Of a stretch of DNA of 64,000 nt, positions 20,089 to 29,952 are shown one piece after another. The notes under the pieces are model-generated. The model was not told the origin of the DNA. It saw only the letters and a list, made by a program, of their open reading frames with translations, and did not search any database. Position numbers and translations under genes: made by a program. Every line of letters starts with the position of its first letter. The first letter of the stretch is position 1. This DNA is from a bacterium (lineage in GTDB: Bacteria; Patescibacteriota; JABMPQ01; JBDRIV01), in the NCBI GenBank assembly GCA_043815505.1, contig JBDRIV010000004.1, forward strand, positions 7,135 to 71,134, given 5' to 3'.

Positions 20089-21474
20089 TTATTCTCCGAT
20101 AGAATTAATAGGGTCCCCGCCGGGATGTAAAAGCACTATCCAATTAGGGATGCGTTTAACTTGGCCATAATTATAACCCAAGCCTTCAAAGATTGATGGT
20201 GAACCGATGTGTCGGCGCTTGCCATTTTCCATTACAAAAATGTGACCCGATTCATCAGCAAACAATGTTCCGTCTTGTAATAAGACATTTGGTCCAGTGG
20301 CATAGCGATTCATTTCGGCAGTAGAAATTGTAATTATGTCTTGCCAACGAAAACGATTCTCAAAAACTATCCGATCGCTAACTGGTTGTTTTTTTCCACC
20401 ACTTATTAAGAACACAGCGCCACTATCAGCAGTTTTTACCAAAGCGCCATCAGGATGCTTTCTGGTATTTTTATCGGTTATTAAAGCACCATCACCATAA
20501 CTATTATACTCGGCCTGATTAATTGGCATGACGCGACTAAAATTGTATCCCAGGCTATCAAATACATCGCGCGAGGTTACTCCTCGGCGTTTTTCGTGTT
20601 CCACAACATAAATTGCACCTTGACCATCCAGCTGAATTAAAGTGCCATCAGGATATAAAAGCATGGTTCGTTCGGGATATTTTTGCAATTCAGTTGAACT
20701 AACTTCAATCACATTTCTCTCAGAAAACTGACGATAAGCAAATAAATTATCAGTTATAATAGCTCGTCTTTTTCCGTTGTCTATATAATAAACAATTCCT
20801 TCAGGAGAATCTTTTAAAAGTGAACCGTTAGGATGAGTAGCATCAAAATATGAAATCCAAATTTTCCAAAATAGAAAGTTGCCACCATTTCCTGTGACTG
20901 TATCTTTCGTACCTGCTGGAGCCCCTGCAACAGGCGTATAATTGTAAAGTCCGGCAGTGGCAGAATTAGCTGGTTTTACCGAAACACCATCCTGAGTAGT
21001 TCTACGAACATTTACTTTATAATTGTAATTACCCGGATTATCTAAATATCTTCTGAATTGCTTAGCAGCATAATTAATTTGATTAAAGACTCCACCAAAT
21101 TCACTTACGCTCCCATAACCCATTAGATGTCGCAAAGCTCCACTGGATAAATTTGATGTGGTTATAGCACTTTGTTCTTTTTGAGCATGAGCCAGTAGAA
21201 ATTGCTGACTGATACGATAATATTTAGCAGCATCATAAAATATTTGGGAAACCCGTTTTCTCCCTCCAATAGCATCAACGGCCATTCCAGCTAAACCACT
21301 TCCCTTAGATCTCAAAAAAGCCTCAATTTGATCTGGGTTCATTGATGATGAATTTGTATATTCATTATTAGAGACAATATTATTGGGATTAAAAGTTGCA
21401 GCTAAAACCAGCCCTGGCACCATCACTGATGCTAAAACTGTCAAGCATAGAATAAATCCGGTTGTTTTTTTCAT
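20089..21474 (-). CDS. Secreted protein with four tandem ~54-aa repeats
   Basis: Signal peptide MKKTTGFILCLTVLASVMVPGLVLA. The C-terminal half contains four repeats built on the pattern DG(T/A)L...G.(I/V)(Y/F).(I/V)..GK(R/K)..(I/V).S..(I/V)F...G(Y/F). Confidence 0.6.
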   Translation of the reverse strand: MKKTTGFILCLTVLASVMVPGLVLAATFNPNNIVSNNEYTNSSSMNPDQIEAFLRSKGSGLAGMAVDAIGGRKRVSQIFYDAAKYYRISQQFLLAHAQKEQSAITTSNLSSGALRHLMGYGSVSEFGGVFNQINYAAKQFRRYLDNPGNYNYKVNVRRTTQDGVSVKPANSATAGLYNYTPVAGAPAGTKDTVTGNGGNFLFWKIWISYFDATHPNGSLLKDSPEGIVYYIDNGKRRAIITDNLFAYRQFSERNVIEVSSTELQKYPERTMLLYPDGTLIQLDGQGAIYVVEHEKRRGVTSRDVFDSLGYNFSRVMPINQAEYNSYGDGALITDKNTRKHPDGALVKTADSGAVFLISGGKKQPVSDRIVFENRFRWQDIITISTAEMNRYATGPNVLLQDGTLFADESGHIFVMENGKRRHIGSPSIFEGLGYNYGQVKRIPNWIVLLHPGGDPINSIGE

Positions 21475-21484
21475 GATCTCCTAA

Positions 21485-22204
21485 TTATTTTTTATTTTTT
21501 TCGGCGATTAAATTGTTTATCAATAGAAGTGAATCAAAGGTTCCAGCATCAACCCAAAAACCCTTGGCCTTATCATACAACATCGTGCCTTCTTTAATAT
21601 AAATATTATTTAGATCAGTAATTTCTAATTCTCCCCTGTCTGATGGCTTTAATCCTTTAATAAATTCAAAACATCTATTGTCATACATATAAAGCCCGGT
21701 GACTGCTAAATTTGTTTCGGGATCAGTTGGTTTTTCAATTATTTCTTCTATTTTATCTCCAGAAATTTTGGCTACACCAAATCTTTCTGGGTCTGGAACT
21801 TCTTTCAAAACAACCTTAGCTCCTTTTTCTTTTTTAGAAAATTCCTCCACCGCCTGCTTAAAATTATCTTCGAAAACATTGTCGCCAAGAATTGCTACCA
21901 CCGCTTCATCATCAGCAAAGTCTTCGGCCAGTCCCAGGGCTTGAGCAATTCCTCCCGGTTTTTCCTGTAATTCATAGCTAAGTTTTACTCCCAGTTCTTT
22001 TCCGGAACCAAGCAAATCTAAATACTGACCAGCATGTTCTGTACCAGAAATTATAAGTATATTTTCTATACCCGCATCTTTTAGAGTTAAAATGGGATAA
22101 TAAATGAGTGGTTTGTCATAAACTGGCAAAACACTTTTGTTAACTATTTTTGTCAGCGGCTTAAGTCTTGTACCTGAACCGCCAGCAATAACTACACCTT
22201 TCAT
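21485..22204 (-). CDS. rmlA: Glucose-1-phosphate thymidylyltransferase, short form (RmlA-like)
   Basis: MKGVVIAGGSGTRLKPLT...LPVYDKPLIYYPI closely matches the RmlA N-terminus. The protein is 239 aa, which is the short type. Confidence 0.75.
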   Translation of the reverse strand: MKGVVIAGGSGTRLKPLTKIVNKSVLPVYDKPLIYYPILTLKDAGIENILIISGTEHAGQYLDLLGSGKELGVKLSYELQEKPGGIAQALGLAEDFADDEAVVAILGDNVFEDNFKQAVEEFSKKEKGAKVVLKEVPDPERFGVAKISGDKIEEIIEKPTDPETNLAVTGLYMYDNRCFEFIKGLKPSDRGELEITDLNNIYIKEGTMLYDKAKGFWVDAGTFDSLLLINNLIAEKNKK

Positions 22205-23025
22205 AATTTTTTGAAATAATCTTTAAGGGCTTCCTGCCAAGAGCGTAGTGAATCAGTTTTGGTATTATTTAAAATACTAAAGCGCGGTCGGTTGGCTTTC
22301 ATGGCATAATCTTTAGTCGCTACCGGTTTCACTTTTACTTTCTGCCCTGATCTTTTTATAAGTTCTCTGGCAAAATCAAACCAACTAGTTTTGTTTTCAT
22401 TTACTAGATGATAAATTCCAAATGGCCGTCTGCTTTCGAACAATTCTCTTGTTCCTTGTGCTAAATCATAAGTCCAAGTCGGTTTGCCAAATTGGTCATT
22501 TACCACCTCAATGCTATCAGATTCTTCAGCTTTTTTCAATATAGTATCAATAAAGTTTTTCCCGTTTTTTCCATATAACCATTGGGTACGAATTATATAA
22601 AAATCGGAAGTATTATTAATAATATTCTTTTCGCCCATTACTTTGGAACGACCATAAGCATTCACGGGATTTACAGTCTCATCTTCATTATAGCCGACTT
22701 CTTTATCACCCTTAAAAACATAGTCCGTACTATAATGAATTAGTGGAATTAGATTATTTTTACAAATTCCCGCTAACATTCCTGGAGCTTCACCGTTTAC
22801 TTTATTGGCCAATTCTTCATTGTCTTCAGCACCATCAACATCGGTATAGGCAGCCGCGTTAATTACCAATTGGGGTTTTTCTAAATTTACAATTCTTTCC
22901 ACTTTGTCCCTGTCGGTAATATCAATATCTTCAATATCTTGCGCTAAAATATCATAACCGTCAGAAAAGACCTCAACCAAATCGGTCCCTAACATTCCTT
23001 TTGCTCCCAGTATTAATATTTTCAT
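22201..23025 (-). CDS. rmlD: dTDP-4-dehydrorhamnose reductase
   Basis: MKILILGAKGMLG, YGRSK, and a size of 274 aa. Confidence 0.8.
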   Translation of the reverse strand: MKILILGAKGMLGTDLVEVFSDGYDILAQDIEDIDITDRDKVERIVNLEKPQLVINAAAYTDVDGAEDNEELANKVNGEAPGMLAGICKNNLIPLIHYSTDYVFKGDKEVGYNEDETVNPVNAYGRSKVMGEKNIINNTSDFYIIRTQWLYGKNGKNFIDTILKKAEESDSIEVVNDQFGKPTWTYDLAQGTRELFESRRPFGIYHLVNENKTSWFDFARELIKRSGQKVKVKPVATKDYAMKANRPRFSILNNTKTDSLRSWQEALKDYFKKL

Positions 23026-23040
23026 TTTATTATTTTTTAA

Positions 23041-24036
23041 TTATTTGTATTGTTTTTTATAATATTCTAAATATTCTCCGGTTTTAATTGGTTGCCACCA
23101 CCAGTCATTAGCTTTATACCAATCGACGGTAGCAGCTAGTGCTTTATCAAAATCAAATTCAGGCTGCCAACCAAGCGTCCGCAATTTATCACTGTTTAAA
23201 GCGTAACGAAAATCGTGGCCAGGACGATCGGTAACATATTCTATCATATCTTCTCCTTTACCCATTAAATTTAGGATTTTTTTCGTGGTTTCCATATTGG
23301 TAGAAAATTCTTTTGTGCCAATATTATAGGTTTCTCCCGCTTTACCATTTTTCCAAATTGTTTCTACCGCCCGACAATGATCTGAGGTATAAATCCATTC
23401 CCTCATTTGCTCACCCTTACCATAAACAGGAACTTTTTTGTCTTCAACTAAATTGGTAATAAAAAGTGGAATTAGTTTTTCTGGATACTGATAAGGTCCC
23501 ATAAAATTACAGCTATGTGTAATAATTACCGGTAAATCATAAGTTACATGGTAAGCGCGACACAAATGGTCTGCTCCAGCTTTGGAGGCTGAATATGGAC
23601 TGTTCGGCATAAAAGGGCTATCTTCTGTAAATTCACCTTCTGCAATACTACCATAAACTTCATCCGTTGAAATTTGAATATATTTTTTAATTTTGTATTT
23701 CTTGGCTGCTTCCAAAAGGGTGTAGGTGCCAACGACGTCGGTGAAAATAAAATCACGGGCCTGCTGAATGGAACGATCGACATGAGTTTCGGCAGCATAA
23801 TTTATTATTACCTCAATTCCCTTCTGCATCACTTCATCTACAATTTTTTCATCCACAATATCGCCTTGCACAAATTCGTAGTTCTTATTATTCGCAATAT
23901 CTTTTAAATTATTTAAATTTCCTGCATATGTAAGTTTATCCAGATTAACAATTTCTACATCAGGATGTTCTTGTAAAATGTAGTGAATAAAATTGGAGCC
24001 CATGAAACCGGCTCCGCCTGTAACAAGAATTTTCAT
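23041..24036 (-). CDS. rmlB: dTDP-glucose 4,6-dehydratase
   Basis: ILVTGGAGFMGSNF...VNLDKLTYAGN...YSASKAGADHL. Confidence 0.9.
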   Translation of the reverse strand: MKILVTGGAGFMGSNFIHYILQEHPDVEIVNLDKLTYAGNLNNLKDIANNKNYEFVQGDIVDEKIVDEVMQKGIEVIINYAAETHVDRSIQQARDFIFTDVVGTYTLLEAAKKYKIKKYIQISTDEVYGSIAEGEFTEDSPFMPNSPYSASKAGADHLCRAYHVTYDLPVIITHSCNFMGPYQYPEKLIPLFITNLVEDKKVPVYGKGEQMREWIYTSDHCRAVETIWKNGKAGETYNIGTKEFSTNMETTKKILNLMGKGEDMIEYVTDRPGHDFRYALNSDKLRTLGWQPEFDFDKALAATVDWYKANDWWWQPIKTGEYLEYYKKQYK

Positions 24037-24452
24037 TATTCTAATGCTTTACTAATTTTTATGGCCGTATTTTCTGCTTCTTCTTCGCTGGGATATTTTT
24101 TTCCGGGCCATGGTTTTAATTCATCGTCAACAACTCGGGGAATTACGTGCAGATGCGTGTGAAATACTATTTGACCAGCTACGCGATCGTTGTTTAGACA
24201 AACATTAAATCCGCCAACCGACAATCCTTGTTTCATCGCTTGTCCAACTTTTTTACTTACTGTAATTAAATTGGCCAATTCAAAATCATCAGTTTCGACA
24301 AATGTTTCAAAATGATTTTTTGGTACTACCAAAGTATGACCAGGAGCAATAGGAGCAATGTCTAAAAATGCCAGCACATTTTCATCTTCATAAACTTTAT
24401 GAGCAGGCACTTCTCCCTTGATAATTTTACAGAAAACACAATTGGACATCAC
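24036..24452 (-). CDS. HIT-family (histidine triad) nucleotide hydrolase/transferase
   Basis: HTLVVPKNH and HTHLHVIP (HxHxHxx). Confidence 0.8.
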   Translation of the reverse strand: MMSNCVFCKIIKGEVPAHKVYEDENVLAFLDIAPIAPGHTLVVPKNHFETFVETDDFELANLITVSKKVGQAMKQGLSVGGFNVCLNNDRVAGQIVFHTHLHVIPRVVDDELKPWPGKKYPSEEEAENTAIKISKALE

Positions 24453-24534
24453 CTTTACTTAAGTGTTTATATTTTACTATAAACTACAAAGCTTGGCAAT
24501 GCCCGATTTGAGCTTGTTTCAGGTTATTTTTTGC

Positions 24535-25683
24535 TTATATTTGTTTTAAAGCCGCTTGCTTTTTTCTTACTTTTTTAGCTTGAATCAAGCCATAATAAGT
24601 ATTGGCTGTATCTCTAGCAATATCATCCCAATTAAATAATTCTTTAACAAATTTTTGATTAGCTCTTTTGATAGCCAGATTTTTTTCTAAACCTTTAAGT
24701 TTTTTCAAACTTCTAATTAAACTTGATTGGCTGTTATTTTTAAAATAATGGGCTTGTTTTTCAAAAGAAATTTTGTGCTCATGAACATCAGAAAGTAAAA
24801 CTTCGGCACCTTCAGCTAATGCTTCTAAAACCACAATTGGCAAACCTTCAGCTTGTGAAGGATGAATGTAAAGATAACAATTTTTATACAAAGCTCTAAG
24901 TTCTTCTTTATCTTGCCAGCCGGTGAAAGTAATATTGTCATTGCCAGCTGCCAGTTCATGTAATTCTTTTACATATTCTGAAGTATGAGAAGAATCACCA
25001 ACGATAACTAATTTTTTGTCAGTCTTAATTTTTTTATAAGCCTTAATTAAAAGATGAATATTTTTATGACGAACAAGTCTAGCTACTGTTAAAAAGTAAC
25101 CGTTCTTTTTAAGATTATTTCTTTTCAAAGTCTCGGGATCAATAGGTTCGTTTTCAGTTGTCACGCCATTAGGAATATAGGTAGCTACGGTGTTAAAAGT
25201 TTCCGCACAATGATTGGCAATATCCTTGGATACCGCAATGGTGTGATGACCAAATTTAGCCGTGGCATATTCACCAAACCGTAAATACATTTTTGCCAGT
25301 GGTCCCCATTTTTGGTGGAACTGATCACGACAATGAAAAGTATTTACTACCATTGCTTTTCTTTTCAAAAGTTTAGGAATTATAGACATAGTGGCAGGTC
25401 CAACGGCATGATAGTGAACAATGTCCACTTTTCTACGCAAGACATCTAAAGTTGAAAATAAAGTATGAGTAATAGCATCCAGATTTTTTGTAGGAATGGT
25501 GGGTGTAAAAATTAATTTAACACCTTTGTAAGTTTTTCTAACCGGTTGAACATAATGTTTTCGACAATACACAAAAACCTCGTGTCCCTGTTTTGCCAGG
25601 CGTACGGCTAATTCTTCTACATGTCTCTCTACTCCGCCATATGAGGCAGGTATACCTTTTTGGCCAATTATAGCTATTTTCAT
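24535..25683 (-). CDS. Glycosyltransferase family 4
   Basis: GT-B protein with the C-terminal SQAEGLPIVVLEALAEG E-x7-E motif. Confidence 0.75.
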   Translation of the reverse strand: MKIAIIGQKGIPASYGGVERHVEELAVRLAKQGHEVFVYCRKHYVQPVRKTYKGVKLIFTPTIPTKNLDAITHTLFSTLDVLRRKVDIVHYHAVGPATMSIIPKLLKRKAMVVNTFHCRDQFHQKWGPLAKMYLRFGEYATAKFGHHTIAVSKDIANHCAETFNTVATYIPNGVTTENEPIDPETLKRNNLKKNGYFLTVARLVRHKNIHLLIKAYKKIKTDKKLVIVGDSSHTSEYVKELHELAAGNDNITFTGWQDKEELRALYKNCYLYIHPSQAEGLPIVVLEALAEGAEVLLSDVHEHKISFEKQAHYFKNNSQSSLIRSLKKLKGLEKNLAIKRANQKFVKELFNWDDIARDTANTYYGLIQAKKVRKKQAALKQI

Positions 25684-25737
25684 CGTTTTTTGATTAACTG
25701 GGCATTATATTGTATTTAATCTATTTTGTCAAGTCCC

Positions 25738-28700
25738 TCACTGAATTAGACCTACAGCTGAAATTCCACCTCTAAAATAGTCTTCAAAAGCAAAGAACTG
25801 CAGACTATTTTCCCCACCACCAGTATTAAAAGTTCTAACTTGTGGTCCACCCGAAGCATTGGGACCAGTTATCACACCAGGCGTTCCATAATATGTTAGG
25901 GGTACAAAATCTATATTGGCACCCGCTTCAACCCCTTGAGGGTAAGCTCTAAATTCTGCCAATTGATTTCGTTCATTGTTATAACGATAAATTTTTGTCC
26001 AAGCTTCTCCATTTCTAAGTTGACTAACAGCAATTTCATCTTTGCCATCAGAGTCGGCGTCAACCGTGGCTACATCTACTCCGGTTCGAGAATCGGGATG
26101 AAAAGCATAAAACTGAATTGGTTTAAGAGCACCATTGGCTTCAAAAACTCTGATTTGGGGACCGCCACCAGTACCGGCGCCAACAATAACTTCTTCTTTG
26201 TTATCAGCGTCAATATCTCCCATAGCCACAGTGGCTCCAATTTCTAATCCGGGAGCAAAAGCTCGCCACTCACCTACTACAGTTTGTTCATCGTTATAAC
26301 GATAAACTTTAACCCAAGCTTCTCCGTTAGCAAATTGGGAAGCGGCAATTTCATCTTTACCGTCATTGTCAATATCACCACAGGCTACATCAACCCCAGT
26401 CCGGGAATCAGAATGAAAGGCAAAAAATTGAATTGGCTTAACCGAACCATTACTTTCAAAAACTCTAATTTGCGGACCGCCACCAGTACCGGCACCAGCA
26501 ATTATTTCTTCTTGACCATCACCATCAATATCACCGGAAGCTAGACGAACACCACCACGAAAGTTTTCGGCATAGGCATAAAATCTTGTTTCTTCTTGTC
26601 CTAAGTTGTTGAAAACTTTTATTTCTGGTGTGGCTCCAGCTCCACGAGCTACAGCAATTTTGTAATTAACTGTTATATTTTCACCACCACTTCCGTTATT
26701 TGGTGGCTTATTGGTATCTTGAGGCGGATCTACAACTGGCAAACTTGCTTTCACCTCACCATTAATTTCTAAAATCATGACCGAATGAGCGGGAATTCTT
26801 AAATCAATTGAATTGCCAGAAAATGATTGTCTAGATTCTGAAACTTGAACCTTAGTTATGCTTTCATTATGAGCATAAATGCTGGGACCATTTAAACTGT
26901 AAATTGTAACTTGTCTGTTTGAATTAAAATGGTCAATACCAATATCAGCCTGCATGGCAGTGTTGGGATGTTTGTTTATAATTAACAAATAAATCTTATC
27001 ACCAGATCTGGAAGCATAACTGGTAACATATTTGTTTTTGCTTAAAGCCGGTAAATTTCTAAATTGTCCTACCGAATATTTTGGACTACCTGTTACAGTA
27101 GAAGCTATAGCTTTATTTCCGTGATGTTCATTTACCAAACTGACAGCTAAAGCAGATGGTCTGGGATCACCGTTGTCTTTAAAAGCACCCCAGTGACTAC
27201 CAAAAACAGAAATTCCGTGAAACATACCAGCCGTAACTCCTTCCTGTTGCATTGCGCCCAGTAAATCAGCTGTCGCTATTCCATAGGCTAAACTACGACC
27301 AAGATTCTCATCACCGGTGTTAAATTCTGTAACCAAAACTTCCAACTCACTTGTTCTATTGCCATAGCGTCTGGCAATATCATTCAATCTATCAACTACC
27401 CCCATTCCTTGTCCGTAGGGAGTAGGATAATTTTTTTGAAAGCTTCTGGCTGAAGCCATCAACTGATGATAGCTTTCACCACCAATGCCATAAAAAGGAT
27501 AATAATGTACCGCCACAAAATCTATTTGATTGTTGGCTTCTTGAAATAAAACTCTTTCCCAATTAGCAACCGAATTATCCAACGCCACGTGCGCTCCAAT
27601 TTTTATGGACGGATCAACCGCCTTCATGGCACTAGAGAATTGTTTTACGGTTTGAGCATATTTAGAAGCCGTCATGGTGGCATCATCCCAGATGTAGTGT
27701 TCATTACCTATTTCCCAATACTTAATATGGCGATTTTCTACAATATTTAATTGGCGAACTAAATTGGCGGCATTCGTAGGAGTTCCTTTGGTATTGGCCA
27801 CCATTACAATTGGGCTATTTGTTTCGTCTGCTAAATCTAGGGCCGATTCAAAATCTCGCACTCCCCAAGGCTTGCCAGAATACGTTGGTTGACGTTGTTC
27901 TGCTCGCCAAATAAATCTGTAATTATTTAAAGTATTTTGAGAGCGAGCCGCAATTCCTATATAACCTTGATCAAATGGATTTCCAGCGGCCACCGGTTTT
28001 ACATCAACCTCAAATTTGTAATTGCGCCAATTTTTTAATCCGGCGCGTCTTAAAACAAAAGGAATTTTTCCTTCGTGAACATAGCGTCCATTTCCACTAG
28101 TCCAAGTTCCAGTATTTCTATAATAAGGAATATCGCCATTACTCCATTCAGAATCATCACTATCATTAAACAAGTCTTGATATAAAACTTCGTCGTTGGC
28201 CAAATTGGTAATTCTGACATTATTAAATATAACTTTCTCATTATCAGAACTAATTAAACCAATATCTCCAGTTGAAAAAGTTGAATCGGAATCAGAAAAT
28301 ACTACTTTGTTATCAATATATAATCTTAAACTTGATCCATTAACTCTAAATTCTAAATGATATTCTTGGCCGGGATTATAAGTTACATTGTCAGAATCTA
28401 AAACATAATATTTTCCATCTACAATTTTAACGAGCATTCTGGCACCCGGATCGTAAGGAGCAAAAATTCTTACTGCCCCAGCTGGATAATCTTCCAAGGC
28501 TTCATTTAAATTATCTTTATTAAAAAGTTCTGGATCAGAACTAAAACCAGCAACCTTACTATCTATGGAATTACCAATGTCTAAAGGGTTAACTCTAATT
28601 TTAATATTTTGGGTAGCGCGAGAATCGTGCGTTAGAGTAATTACCGCTATGATTAAAATAAGCAAACCAATTTTTAGAAAAAACAAAATCTCCCATTCGA

Positions 28701-28791
28701 CAAAGGGAGTGGCAATAATATGCAAAAATTGCCGTACCAATTTATAAATCTGTCGACCGATTTCTTTAATTTTTTTCCATAAATAAGCCAT
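25738..28791 (-). CDS. Large membrane-anchored surface protein with a clan GH-A glycoside hydrolase-like domain and C-terminal FG-GAP (integrin-alpha-type) repeats
   Basis: It has an N-terminal TM helix. The clan GH-A acid/base motif YWEIGNEHY and the nucleophile motif VTEFN are present. Three C-terminal FG-GAP-like blades carry GDIDGDGQEEI / CGDIDNDGKDEI / MGDIDADNKEEV. Confidence 0.7.
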   Translation of the reverse strand: MAYLWKKIKEIGRQIYKLVRQFLHIIATPFVEWEILFFLKIGLLILIIAVITLTHDSRATQNIKIRVNPLDIGNSIDSKVAGFSSDPELFNKDNLNEALEDYPAGAVRIFAPYDPGARMLVKIVDGKYYVLDSDNVTYNPGQEYHLEFRVNGSSLRLYIDNKVVFSDSDSTFSTGDIGLISSDNEKVIFNNVRITNLANDEVLYQDLFNDSDDSEWSNGDIPYYRNTGTWTSGNGRYVHEGKIPFVLRRAGLKNWRNYKFEVDVKPVAAGNPFDQGYIGIAARSQNTLNNYRFIWRAEQRQPTYSGKPWGVRDFESALDLADETNSPIVMVANTKGTPTNAANLVRQLNIVENRHIKYWEIGNEHYIWDDATMTASKYAQTVKQFSSAMKAVDPSIKIGAHVALDNSVANWERVLFQEANNQIDFVAVHYYPFYGIGGESYHQLMASARSFQKNYPTPYGQGMGVVDRLNDIARRYGNRTSELEVLVTEFNTGDENLGRSLAYGIATADLLGAMQQEGVTAGMFHGISVFGSHWGAFKDNGDPRPSALAVSLVNEHHGNKAIASTVTGSPKYSVGQFRNLPALSKNKYVTSYASRSGDKIYLLIINKHPNTAMQADIGIDHFNSNRQVTIYSLNGPSIYAHNESITKVQVSESRQSFSGNSIDLRIPAHSVMILEINGEVKASLPVVDPPQDTNKPPNNGSGGENITVNYKIAVARGAGATPEIKVFNNLGQEETRFYAYAENFRGGVRLASGDIDGDGQEEIIAGAGTGGGPQIRVFESNGSVKPIQFFAFHSDSRTGVDVACGDIDNDGKDEIAASQFANGEAWVKVYRYNDEQTVVGEWRAFAPGLEIGATVAMGDIDADNKEEVIVGAGTGGGPQIRVFEANGALKPIQFYAFHPDSRTGVDVATVDADSDGKDEIAVSQLRNGEAWTKIYRYNNERNQLAEFRAYPQGVEAGANIDFVPLTYYGTPGVITGPNASGGPQVRTFNTGGGENSLQFFAFEDYFRGGISAVGLIQ
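25940..26550. repeat. Two tandem ~300-bp near-identical DNA repeats inside the FG-GAP region of the 1017-aa gene
   Basis: The antisense ORF-track fragments 25936..26247 and 26284..26544 translate to near-identical peptides. The sense-strand protein repeats IAGAGTGGGPQIRVFESNGSVKPIQFFAFHSDSRTGVDVACGDIDNDGKDEI as IVGAGTGGGPQIRVFEANGALKPIQFYAFHPDSRTGVDVATVDADSDGKDEI. Confidence 0.6.
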
Positions 28792-28893
28792 AAAATACTA
28801 CTTATTTAACATGCTAGTATATTATAATTATTCTATTTTGTCAAGGATTAAAGAACCATGACTTTTTGGCTTAAATTAAGCATAAAATTCGAT

Positions 28894-28931
28894 AAAAAAT
28901 CCCCCCAATGACTTGTGAGTCTTGGGGGGGG
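28894..28931 (-). terminator. Rho-independent terminator (GC-rich hairpin plus U-run) downstream of the high-GC gene
   Basis: On the minus strand the sequence reads CCCCCCCCAAGACT-CACA-AGTCATTGGGGGG followed by ATTTTTTAT. It lies about 45 nt after the stop at 28975. Confidence 0.7.
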
Positions 28932-28974
28932 TTGAGGCGATTAACCTCTAGTTTGAAGGATAAGTGGAATTAAT

Positions 28975-29952
28975 TTAACTAGGACCGACACCTTGATTGG
29001 TATCAACGGCCAAGGTAATAACTGGACCCTTGTCTCCGCCCCAAGGATTAAGATCCCAGCCGTAGAGGAGAATTTCATCCATACTGAACACGCTCATTCT
29101 GAATTTGCACAACACGTGTTCGTTGTTTTCACCTCCGATGTGAATCATAACTCCATTTTTACTTCTCTGTAAAAGAAGTAATCCCCACACATATGGGTGG
29201 TAATTACTGGTGTTCCAATTACCGGGAAAAGTATACAGATGGCTGGTATTGTAGAATCCACCACCTGTATCAATATTAACGTCGCGAACCCAGGCCTCAA
29301 CCAACCCATCTGTGCGGGAGCGGAAGCTGTAAGCCATGTAGAACAGCCGGAAATGGTCCTGCGTTTCCTGGTTGATGACCGCCAGCTTTTCCGACAACCG
29401 ATAGATAAGAAAGGATGGTGGTGCTGACCAAGTCAGCACGACTCCCATTCCCTCTTGCAAGCGATACGGGCCGTCCCACTCATGCGAGGTACCCAGTTCC
29501 GGATAGCACTGTTGTACCTCTCGTTGCCAGAACGGGGAGTAATCGCCATATCCATCAATCAAGGTGTTCATCGGAACATTAACTGTTGCGTTAATGTTTA
29601 TCGGCTGCATATCATACAGCGACATGTTTGCCGGCACTGATACAATCCGATTAATTCCATAAGACATCAATCCTTTTTGAGGACCGACGTACTCTTCCTT
29701 AACCGTCTGCATCGTATCCACGTTATACCACATCACCAGAACGGTGTCGGTATAATTTACCCGTGGGAAATACCCAACAATGTCCTGGCCGGTTTCGGTG
29801 AAGACCTGGTCGTAGGACCGATCGGCCTTAACCATCTGAACAAATTCATTTTCCACACCCGGCAAGTTGGGCCGAATGAGAGCGGCATTCACGGTTCCCG
29901 TGAACGTGACGACCAAAACGGCCATCAAAGCGATAATCAGTATTCTTTTCAT
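28975..29952 (-). CDS. Secreted hypothetical protein encoded in a high-GC island
   Basis: Signal peptide MKRILIIALMAVLVVTFTGTVNA. The start is the ATG at 29952, preceded by AGGAGA; the ORF track extends it to a GTG at 29976. GC is about 48% against about 31% in the flanks. The gene has its own terminator. Confidence 0.6.
   Translation of the reverse strand: MKRILIIALMAVLVVTFTGTVNAALIRPNLPGVENEFVQMVKADRSYDQVFTETGQDIVGYFPRVNYTDTVLVMWYNVDTMQTVKEEYVGPQKGLMSYGINRIVSVPANMSLYDMQPININATVNVPMNTLIDGYGDYSPFWQREVQQCYPELGTSHEWDGPYRLQEGMGVVLTWSAPPSFLIYRLSEKLAVINQETQDHFRLFYMAYSFRSRTDGLVEAWVRDVNIDTGGGFYNTSHLYTFPGNWNTSNYHPYVWGLLLLQRSKNGVMIHIGGENNEHVLCKFRMSVFSMDEILLYGWDLNPWGGDKGPVITLAVDTNQGVGPS

Noticed and set aside
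24453-24534. Possible terminator between the HIT gene and the GT4 gene
   Set aside because: No stable hairpin plus U-tract could be identified. It is probably just a short spacer within a polycistron.
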